A stretch of DNA of 64,000 nucleotides from Candidatus Poribacteria bacterium (lineage in GTDB: Bacteria; Poribacteria; WGA-4E; PCPOR2b): positions 6,303,322 to 6,367,321 of the forward strand of contig OZ242315.1 in the NCBI GenBank assembly GCA_965207975.1, given 5' to 3'. Positions 1 to 7,627 of the stretch are shown here, piece by piece; within the stretch, counting starts at the first letter, position 1; every line of letters begins with the position of its first letter. A program made the translations under genes and the position numbers. The notes below the pieces were generated by a model, which made no database searches, was not told the DNA's origin, and worked only from the letters and a program-made list of their open reading frames with translations.

Positions 1-266
1 AAAATTTCGCCTTCACGTTCAAGAAAAATCCTAACTTTCAAACCATTGAGGGACCCGCTAGCAATTGCCTCATAGAAGTTAATTAGGTGTGGGTTGCTAT
101 CTGCAAACAGTGCATTGCGCGGCATTATGTTGAAACCGACGACTCCCGATCCCATAAAAGGCTCGATCCATGTCCCATCAAAAGACCAGTCTACTGTCCG
201 CTTAATTAAGGGTATCAGCTTGCTCTTTATCCCTTGACACTTAATCGGTGGAACCATGACTTTCAT
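1..266 (-). CDS. N6-adenine DNA methyltransferase, Dam/M.EcoRV-like (5-prime part only, runs off the window)
   Basis: My minus-strand translation from ATG at 266..264: MKVMVPPIKCQGIKSKLIPLIKRTVDWSFDGTWIEPFMGSGVVGFNIMPRNALFADSNPHLINFYEAIASG... It has the PPIKxQGxKxKL N-terminus and EPFxGxG SAM-binding motif of D12-class (Dam/M.EcoRV) methyltransferases. The start overlaps the stop of the endonuclease gene (ATGA). Absent from the ORF track because it is open at the window edge. Confidence 0.8.
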   Translation of the reverse strand, partial: MKVMVPPIKCQGIKSKLIPLIKRTVDWSFDGTWIEPFMGSGVVGFNIMPRNALFADSNPHLINFYEAIASGSLNGLKVRIFLEREGEI

Positions 267-1126
267 GAGAAACTCCTATTGTTAATCCGAGTTTTTCTCG
301 TTTTGGGGACAATACGTCGAGTATCCCCGCCTCGATATATGACAAAATCTTTCAAATTCGTGATCTTTTTTGTCCCACCCTCACTATCGGTGATGGTAAT
401 CTTACCATAATTCATCCAGTAGTCGTCGAACCATTGCTCACCCAAACGTGAGAACATGCCCCGACCTAAAAGTATATCAGAAATCTTGTTAATACTTCCA
501 ATATTTGCGGTATTCCCACTACCGCTTTTATCGCTCGCAATTTTCCATTTCTCTGCTACGAAGAATTGAAAGTTCCCTATGACTGAGGCAATTGAATGAA
601 GTTCCTCAAGTTTGTAGGTGTGAGTTTCATCTAACTTCCTGTCTGCATGTCTACTGTAGATAATACCGAGGCAGAAATGTCCACTGTATTGACCATAAGG
701 GAATTGAATATTTTTTGAGCTGTTCCTATTTACAAAATATTCCCCATGGGAACCTAAGGTAAATCCATTACAAAATTCCGGATTATCTCCTAAACGGTAT
801 GTAGTCTTGAAATCAACTGCGAATTTTATACTCGCATCATCAGCATGGACAAAAGAAATGTCGGGATAATAATTCTGATGTTCAGCCAAAACAAGTCGGT
901 ATCCAGTTTTTTGTGCAAAGTTGAGGATACGTGGAAAGAGATGTATTTCAAGAATTTTCGATATTATCTTTGTATCCGAAGAGATGGCATAAATATTCCG
1001 ACAGACATCAATGAATCCTTTGATACTCCACTGTCCATCATCTGTGCTAACGTGATCATCTAGTAATGAGACGAATTGAGAGAGTTCCTGAAAAAACTCT
1101 TGCTTGAGCTCAGACTTTTGGTCCAT
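263..1126 (-). CDS. Type II restriction endonuclease, EcoRV family
   Basis: 287-aa ORF. It aligns by eye with R.EcoRV along most of its length: SDTKIISKILEIHLFPRILNFAQKTGY, NYYPDISF (PD), FAVDFKTTY (DxK), FTLGSHGEYF...NIQFPYGQY, EKWKIASDKSGSGNTANIGSI (recognition loop GNTxN), DYWMNY. Confidence 0.85.
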   Translation of the reverse strand: MDQKSELKQEFFQELSQFVSLLDDHVSTDDGQWSIKGFIDVCRNIYAISSDTKIISKILEIHLFPRILNFAQKTGYRLVLAEHQNYYPDISFVHADDASIKFAVDFKTTYRLGDNPEFCNGFTLGSHGEYFVNRNSSKNIQFPYGQYSGHFCLGIIYSRHADRKLDETHTYKLEELHSIASVIGNFQFFVAEKWKIASDKSGSGNTANIGSINKISDILLGRGMFSRLGEQWFDDYWMNYGKITITDSEGGTKKITNLKDFVIYRGGDTRRIVPKTRKTRINNRSFS

Positions 1127-1265
1127 GGGAAATTCCTTTTTGCTTAGTACGCTGCTTTAACAGACTTGGGTGCAACCCTACTGATGAAGTTTATAATAAA
1201 GTGACCTACTCAACCTAGCCAAGGCTTGGAACCGTGGAATGCTTTTTATCCAAAGTAACAATAGG

Positions 1266-2609
1266 TCAATGTCTCACCTGTTTTAGGGCATCTATCAAGC
1301 TTTTTTCAATCAGGTCGCACAGTTCATCTATATCCGATTTCTCCGCAATCAACGCCGGGGCGACCGCAAACCATGATGGATCAACGCGGATAACCAAACC
1401 GTTTTTGAGCGTAGTCTGTTTCAAGGCACTTCCCAGCTCAGGATACGGCTGCATCGTCTGAGTATCCTTCACCAACTCCACGCCGCGCAACACGCCTTTG
1501 CCGCGAACTTCGCGGACAACGCCGTACTGCTTCAATCCCTCAAGTCTTGCTGCAAGATAATCCCCCAACTCACGCGCTTTGCGATCGAGTTGTTTCTCCG
1601 TAATTTCATCAATGACAGCCAGACCAATGGCACACGCAAGGGGGTTGCCCGCAAATGTATGTCCGTGTGCAAAATTCACGTCATCTGCTGCGGGCCCGTA
1701 GAAGACCTCACCCATATCCTCCCGTGCTATCATAGCACCCAAGGGGATTGTCCCACTTGAAAGCCCCTTGCCGCCGCAGATAATATCCGGCGTTACGCCA
1801 AAGGTCTGCGCCGCAAACATAGAACCCGTCCGAGCGAATCCGGTGATGATTTCATCGTAAATTAAGATAACATTATAGCGGTCGCAAATCTCGCGAATTA
1901 CTTGAAAATACTCTGCGGTTGGAGTGATGATGCCTCCTGTGTTACCGATAGGCTCAATAATCACGCCGGCGACGGTATCTGGATCTTCGTTGATAATCAC
2001 GTCCTCGAACATTTGTGCACAAAAACGATTGCACTCCTCCCATGAGGCAAAGCGGTCGCGGTAATAGGTTGGCGGAAAAACCTTGAGAAAGCCCCCCATC
2101 TGAGGCTCAAAAGCAGTTTTGCGCTTGCCGGTGCCGCTAGCAGACATGGCACCGAAGGTGGCACCGTGATACCCAAAGTACCGGCTGATGAACTTGTATT
2201 TTCCCGGCTGTCCGCTCTGCTTGAAATACTGCCGGGTGAACTTCATGGCGGACTCAATCGACTCCGAACCACCGCTGTACGGTTTGATATAGTTCAAATT
2301 ACCAGGGGTGACCTCACCTAACTTCTCGATGAAATCCAACGTGATGTCCGCAATCCCGTGCATCGAAGGCACAAAACTCAACGTTTCCATCTGCTGCTGC
2401 ATCGCCGCCATAAGACGCGGATGTTTGTGTCCAAGCGTGGCAACAAATATCCCGCCGATGCCGTCGAAATAACGCTTCCCTTCCACGTCCCAATAGTAAA
2501 GCCCTTCTGCCCGCTGCACGATGAGCGGATTTTTGAAAAATTCCGCTGTCTGCTGATAGTCCAGAAAGGTACGCTTGAGCAGTTTCCTTTGACGTTCGTT
2601 AAGATTCAC
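1266..2609 (-). CDS. Class-III PLP-dependent aminotransferase (omega-transaminase type)
   Basis: 447 aa with class-III signatures GGIFVATLGHKHP, IYDEIITGFARTG and GGKGLSSG (PLP lysine region). Overlaps def by 11 nt. Confidence 0.85.
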   Translation of the reverse strand: MNLNERQRKLLKRTFLDYQQTAEFFKNPLIVQRAEGLYYWDVEGKRYFDGIGGIFVATLGHKHPRLMAAMQQQMETLSFVPSMHGIADITLDFIEKLGEVTPGNLNYIKPYSGGSESIESAMKFTRQYFKQSGQPGKYKFISRYFGYHGATFGAMSASGTGKRKTAFEPQMGGFLKVFPPTYYRDRFASWEECNRFCAQMFEDVIINEDPDTVAGVIIEPIGNTGGIITPTAEYFQVIREICDRYNVILIYDEIITGFARTGSMFAAQTFGVTPDIICGGKGLSSGTIPLGAMIAREDMGEVFYGPAADDVNFAHGHTFAGNPLACAIGLAVIDEITEKQLDRKARELGDYLAARLEGLKQYGVVREVRGKGVLRGVELVKDTQTMQPYPELGSALKQTTLKNGLVIRVDPSWFAVAPALIAEKSDIDELCDLIEKSLIDALKQVRH

Positions 2610-3123
2610 TCGTTTTCCTTTCTTCGTTCAAGAATTGTCGTTGACTTCTGAGCGCGAAAGATCTGGTGTCGATTGCTCGCTGCACTGCCAATGTACCGTC
2701 GAGATGATCGACCTCGTGCTGTAAGAGTTCCGAGAGGTCTCCCTCAAGTGCCATACTTTGTTCCGCCCAATTCTCAGCCCGATAAGTAATCCGACACCGT
2801 TGATGACGATACACCTTGACGAGGAGTTCGGGAAAGCTCATGCAGTCGTCCCACAGTTCCATTATCTCTGTGCTTTTGAGATCTAAGACAGGGTTGATAA
2901 AGACGACCGGCTTCCCAATGTGCATGTAGACCACCCGCTTCATTGCGCCAATCTGTGGTGCGGCGATAGCTCGCCCAGCATTGTATTTTTCCCTGAAAGC
3001 CATCAGTGTATCGTGCAGATCTTGGATGATAGGTTTGATCTTATCCACCTGCGACTCTTGGATAGGCTCACATATCTCGAAAAGTTTAGGATTTCCCAAC
3101 AGGAGGATTTCCCTAACTGCCAT
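2599..3123 (-). CDS. def: Peptide deformylase
   Basis: 174 aa with the three PDF motifs: GRAIAAPQIG, DDCMSFP (variant of EGCLS, Cys retained), QHEVDHLDG (HExxH). Confidence 0.85.
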   Translation of the reverse strand: MAVREILLLGNPKLFEICEPIQESQVDKIKPIIQDLHDTLMAFREKYNAGRAIAAPQIGAMKRVVYMHIGKPVVFINPVLDLKSTEIMELWDDCMSFPELLVKVYRHQRCRITYRAENWAEQSMALEGDLSELLQHEVDHLDGTLAVQRAIDTRSFALRSQRQFLNEERKTSES

Positions 3124-3142
3124 TTTATACCTCGCTTTAAGG

Positions 3143-4327
3143 TTAGGAGTGATCTAATTCCCAGATTGGGACGTAAACTGGGAATATTGTATTCAGGATT
3201 TCACCCGTTGCGCCGCTAAATTCGAGCGACGGGGCAGCGGGATGTGGACCAAAAATCAGTTGCGTTAGTTCACGGCGGGTTAATACCACAGTTTCTGTTA
3301 ATCGCTTTGCCGAGAGATCAACCTCCCCATCGCGGAACCTGAGAGTTACAGCTTCGTCGGTTTCACGGCAGACAAGGCAGATAATCCCGTGCAGTCCGGC
3401 TGACTTACTGCGCAGATGATGCTTAATTTGGCTTAACAATTTTTCAAGGCTATTGACGCGCATCATCTGGTAGCCGACACCTTTTGCTTTCTCAATGGGG
3501 CGTGCGCTCCCCGGTTTCTTCCCCTCTATCAGTTGTTCGAGGTTTGATGGGACTAGCGGCAGAAGCACTTGGATTTCGGAATCATCGGACCGCTCCAACA
3601 AGACATGCTTGACGAGTGTCTCTAGCCCTGATATATCGCCTCCACCTTCGATCAATCCGGGCTTGTTTACCCCTTCCCCAAACATCAGATAAGCAGCGAC
3701 TTTCTCATCACGCATAGCCAAGAAGGTCGTTGTTTGAGGTAGCGAAAAAAGCGCACCATATTCTTCAATAGTACGGGCGATTCGGTGCGGTTCCGTATCG
3801 TGGAGATTCATCATTGCAATGAACGAATCGGCGTTACTTGGGTCATATTGAACCACGTCGAATGCGCCCTTCTCGAAAAGTACGTGTTCCTCTGGGCGAA
3901 GCTGATAGAGCCAGCCCTGTGACCCAACCGCCTCCCAACCTGACTGCTGATAAAAGGGAAACGTCGTCTCCAGCGTCCATAGTACGGATACGGGCACCCC
4001 CTCTTCTTCCATGATACGGATACAGTCCCGAAGGCAATGGGTGGCGTATCCGCGTCTACGGTAATCCGGGTGCGTGACGGTGGGACTGATGATACCGATC
4101 CGTAATCTATCGTCTCCTATGATTGCTCCGCGGAGCCAGACCGGCACATGAGCAACGACCACTCCATCCACCTTGAGGATACGCATGTACTCCATTTTTG
4201 AACCATTAAACACTAGCGGATAGTCGGTGCGAATATCTTGGTCTGTTCCTGCTCTGAACACTTGATTGATCAGAGCAATTACCTCTTCAAAATCTGATGC
4301 CTGACATGCGCGTGGTCCATCTACCAT
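3143..4327 (-). CDS. GNAT family N-acetyltransferase, Eis-like (GNAT plus sterol-carrier-like C-terminal domain)
   Basis: 394 aa. Acetyl-CoA binding region HPDYRRRGYATHCL, then a second GNAT-like region and a C-terminal domain, as in Eis-type enzymes. Confidence 0.7.
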   Translation of the reverse strand: MVDGPRACQASDFEEVIALINQVFRAGTDQDIRTDYPLVFNGSKMEYMRILKVDGVVVAHVPVWLRGAIIGDDRLRIGIISPTVTHPDYRRRGYATHCLRDCIRIMEEEGVPVSVLWTLETTFPFYQQSGWEAVGSQGWLYQLRPEEHVLFEKGAFDVVQYDPSNADSFIAMMNLHDTEPHRIARTIEEYGALFSLPQTTTFLAMRDEKVAAYLMFGEGVNKPGLIEGGGDISGLETLVKHVLLERSDDSEIQVLLPLVPSNLEQLIEGKKPGSARPIEKAKGVGYQMMRVNSLEKLLSQIKHHLRSKSAGLHGIICLVCRETDEAVTLRFRDGEVDLSAKRLTETVVLTRRELTQLIFGPHPAAPSLEFSGATGEILNTIFPVYVPIWELDHS

Positions 4328-4358
4328 TGATTTTTCTCCTCAAATCAATCAAATGAAT

Positions 4359-4419
4359 AGGACTTACGCATTTCAGGACGGGGCAAGATGCCCCGCCTAC
4401 GGTTGGCTGCGTAAGTCCT
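4359..4419. mobile_element. Minimal MITE-like unit: 12-bp TIRs enclosing one REP-like hairpin
   Basis: AGGACTTACGCA (4359..4370) ... TGCGTAAGTCCT (4408..4419), perfectly complementary. The interior holds the hairpin CGGGGCA-AGA-TGCCCCG followed by CCTAC. Confidence 0.6.
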
Positions 4420-4439
4420 GATGAAGTTAGGGAAGTACC

Positions 4440-6185
4440 TCATCGAGGTATGAGCGGCAGGATAAGTCGAGACGGATACTCTACATTGTGGAACACGGTT
4501 TGGTGTGCGACCCGCAGCTTTGTATCTGACCAGAAATCCTCGCCGGTGTTGTGGTTGCGGTCAAAGTTGGGGAAATCAGAGCTTGACACATCAAGACGAA
4601 TTCGATGCCCCTGTCGGAACAAAATTCCGGTAGGATTGAGGCGGATGGTATATTCATAAGGCTGCCCCGGCTCGATAAGGCTCGGATTGTCATAACCGTT
4701 GCGATAGCTCGCCCGGATGATGCCATAAGTCAGATTCACCGCTAGGCCGTTGGGGTGGACATCAATCAGCTTGGCGGCGAAATCGGTGTCAGGTGCACTT
4801 GATGCCGCCCATAGCTTGAGCACTACCGACCCTGTCACTTCGATATCTTCTTGCAGCGGTGGTGTTTGGTAGACCAAAATATCACCCCTGCTGTCCAGTG
4901 GAGATTGATCTCTCGGTGCTGCTTGTGCGTCGATACCCATCAGGCTCATCACTGGATCTCTGGGATCATAATCATATCTATCGGGAGGTTCCTCCCTCGG
5001 TTCAGAGGCGGAAAGTACACCGTCGCCGCGCACAGTGTTGGCGGATCCGTCGCTATGCAAGAAAAACTCGGTGTATTGTGTGCAAGCAGGGGGCCACTCA
5101 TCCTCAAAGCGCCACCTGTTTTCGCCCATGATGAATAGCTTCACCGGTGGTTCAGATTCAATTCCATTATCAATCCCCTTGAAGCGGTAATCGTACCATC
5201 GAGTAACTTCTTGAGGATAGGTGGTATCTGCATCGGGACCGAAATCCAACGGTCCTTGGGTGCGTGTTAGGTTATTGCTATTATGCCCCCACGGACCGAC
5301 AATCAATCGGTGTTGGTTTCGTAGCGATTTAGGACCTGTTTTTACTATACCTGTGAAGTTGTCGATCGTCCCGATGAGCCGATCATACCAACCCGTCAAC
5401 TGGCACGTGGGAACGTTGACCTTGTGGTGGATCTCTTGAAACGCCCAGAACTCCTTATCCTGTTCCCTGAGATAGGTTTTGAGGAGCGGAGTCAGGGTAG
5501 AAAAAAGATAGTCGGGAAGTCCCTCCAACGGCAGATACCAGATCCACTTGCCGCGTTCTACCTCGTGCCACTGGGCATCGGCTTCGTCCTCGGATTTGGG
5601 CCCAAACTCGTCTCCGACTCGGCGACGTGCATTGACTGCCATCTTGTAGGTCCACTGGAGGCGGCGTCCGGTTTCAAAAATGCCAAAGTTTAGGTCGAGC
5701 AGCCGCGCTGACATACCGCTCGCGAATAGTGCTTTGAGGTGTGGTGGCTGCGTTCCGGCGAGTCGCCAGATACACCAGGACGGGTAGGAATGTCCCCATG
5801 TCCCGACCTGTCCGTCGCTGCCGGGGATACCTGCTGCCCATTCGACGGTGTCGTAACCATCCTGTGCATCAAAGGTTTCGGCGTTGTTCTGAAATTGCCA
5901 GAAATACTCCCCATCGGAAATACCACGCCCCCGGATGTCTTGCACAACAGCGATGTAACCGTTGGAAGCCAGTGCTTGCCCAATCTGGATGTAGGTATCT
6001 TGGTTCTTGTCATACGGTGTGCGGCATAGCAATACTGGACAGGCTGAAGCCCCTACAGGTCTATATATATCTGACCGCAGCAGTACACCATCGCGCATTT
6101 CGGTCGGAACATCTTGTTCAACCGTTACGGAAAAATCTTCGCTTTTAGTCATGGAGTTACTCTGTTTTCGCTGTGCCAAGCTCAA
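4440..6185 (-). CDS. CocE/NonD family hydrolase (S15 X-Pro dipeptidyl-peptidase-like)
   Basis: 581 aa. Nucleophile elbow GTWGHSYPSW (GxSYxx), the N-terminal RTPYDK motif and a C-terminal jelly-roll domain typical of the family. The track start at 6185 is TTG; an in-frame ATG at 6152 is an alternative start. Confidence 0.8.
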   Translation of the reverse strand: MSLAQRKQSNSMTKSEDFSVTVEQDVPTEMRDGVLLRSDIYRPVGASACPVLLCRTPYDKNQDTYIQIGQALASNGYIAVVQDIRGRGISDGEYFWQFQNNAETFDAQDGYDTVEWAAGIPGSDGQVGTWGHSYPSWCIWRLAGTQPPHLKALFASGMSARLLDLNFGIFETGRRLQWTYKMAVNARRRVGDEFGPKSEDEADAQWHEVERGKWIWYLPLEGLPDYLFSTLTPLLKTYLREQDKEFWAFQEIHHKVNVPTCQLTGWYDRLIGTIDNFTGIVKTGPKSLRNQHRLIVGPWGHNSNNLTRTQGPLDFGPDADTTYPQEVTRWYDYRFKGIDNGIESEPPVKLFIMGENRWRFEDEWPPACTQYTEFFLHSDGSANTVRGDGVLSASEPREEPPDRYDYDPRDPVMSLMGIDAQAAPRDQSPLDSRGDILVYQTPPLQEDIEVTGSVVLKLWAASSAPDTDFAAKLIDVHPNGLAVNLTYGIIRASYRNGYDNPSLIEPGQPYEYTIRLNPTGILFRQGHRIRLDVSSSDFPNFDRNHNTGEDFWSDTKLRVAHQTVFHNVEYPSRLILPLIPR

Positions 6186-6254
6186 CGGTCGCTGTGTCGA
6201 GATGTGAATCTTGACCTACTGTTCCTGCGTGTCTTACAAGTTACACTCGCTCTG

Positions 6255-7481
6255 CTACAATGGCATTCTCGCAATACCGGGGCTTACCGGTTCGACGCCG
6301 AGCACTTTGGCAATGGTGTACACATCTTTATCTCCACGCCCGGAGAGGCAGAGGACGATAATCTGGTCTCGATCGAGTGTGGGGGCAAGTTTACGGATGT
6401 AAGCCATTGCGTGAGCCGCTTCTAGCGCGGGGATGATCCCTTCCGTTTCTGATAGTAGCTTGAACCCTTCGATCGATTCCTCATCGGTGACGGAGACATA
6501 TTCGGCACGACCCGTTGCCTTGTAGAAGCTATGTTCGGGACCCACACCGGGGTAATCCAACCCTGCTGAGATGGAGTGTGCAGGCGTGATTTGCCCGTCC
6601 TCTTCCTGTAGCACGTAGCATTTCGCACCGTGAAACACGCCAACGCTGCCCGCACTGATGGTCGCCGCATGTTTGCCGCTGAGTATGCTCTCGCCTGCCG
6701 CTTCAACACCGACTAGCTTTACACTGCTATCTGCATAAAACGGGCAAAACATACCTATCGAATTGCTGCCGCCGCCGACGCAGGCAACCACGTAATCTGG
6801 CAGCTGTCCTGTTTGCTCAAGGGTCTGCGATCTGGCTTCCTGACCGATGACCGCTTGAAAATCTCGGACAATCATCGGGTATGGATGGGGACCCACGACA
6901 GATCCGATCAGATAGTATGTGGTCCGAACATTTGTCACCCAATCACGGAAAGCGGCGTTAATCGCATCCTTGAGGGTGCGCGAGCCGGAGTTCACCGGGA
7001 CCACCGTTGTCCCCAGCAATTTCATGCGAAAGACGTTTAGAGCTTGCCGTTCGATGTCTTCTTCGCCCATATAGACTTCGCATTCCATGTTGAATTTTGA
7101 TGCTACGGTTGCGGTCGCAACGCCGTGTTGTCCGGCACCCGTTTCGGCGATAATCCGATTCTTGCCCATCCGTCGGGCGAGCAAGATCTGTCCGATGGTG
7201 TTGTTGATTTTGTGTGCCCCTGTGTGGTTGAGGTCTTCCCGCTTGAGGTAGATTCTTGCCCCGCCGAGTTCTTGGGTCAGTCGCTCGGCGTAGTACAGCG
7301 GGTTGGGACGCCCGACGTATTCGCGGAGATAGTATTGAAATTCCTCTTGGAAGTCGGCATCCTCTCTCAGATCCATATAGGCATCTTCTAGTTCCAGTAG
7401 TGGGGACATTAACGTTTCTGGGGCGTATCTGCCGCCGAATTCTCCAAAATGTCCTGTTGCGTCAGGTAGATTTTGATTCAA
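6255..7481 (-). CDS. trpB: Tryptophan synthase beta chain
   Basis: 408 aa with [24 protein letters not shown] (PLP lysine) and [10 protein letters not shown] motifs. Confidence 0.95.
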   Translation of the reverse strand: MNQNLPDATGHFGEFGGRYAPETLMSPLLELEDAYMDLREDADFQEEFQYYLREYVGRPNPLYYAERLTQELGGARIYLKREDLNHTGAHKINNTIGQILLARRMGKNRIIAETGAGQHGVATATVASKFNMECEVYMGEEDIERQALNVFRMKLLGTTVVPVNSGSRTLKDAINAAFRDWVTNVRTTYYLIGSVVGPHPYPMIVRDFQAVIGQEARSQTLEQTGQLPDYVVACVGGGSNSIGMFCPFYADSSVKLVGVEAAGESILSGKHAATISAGSVGVFHGAKCYVLQEEDGQITPAHSISAGLDYPGVGPEHSFYKATGRAEYVSVTDEESIEGFKLLSETEGIIPALEAAHAMAYIRKLAPTLDRDQIIVLCLSGRGDKDVYTIAKVLGVEPVSPGIARMPL

Positions 7482-7527
7482 CTTGTAACTCCTTCTATTT
7501 TTGATATGTTACTGCAATTCGATTTTC

Positions 7528-7618
7528 GCTCATGTTAAGAAACCGTGCGAAGAAACCGAGTTTTCAAGAAAAAACTCGGTTTCTCTAAGCTGCTCTGCGT
7601 TTTCTTTTAATATGAACC
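7528..7618. repeat. Palindromic element family P, copy 1
   Basis: GCTCATGTTAAGAAACCGTGCGAAGAAACCGAGTTTTCAAGAAAAAACTCGGTTTCTCTAAGCTGCTCTGCGTTTTCTTTTAATATGAACC. Lies between the BatA-like gene stop and the trpB start. Confidence 0.9.
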
Positions 7619-7627
7619 TTAATTTTA

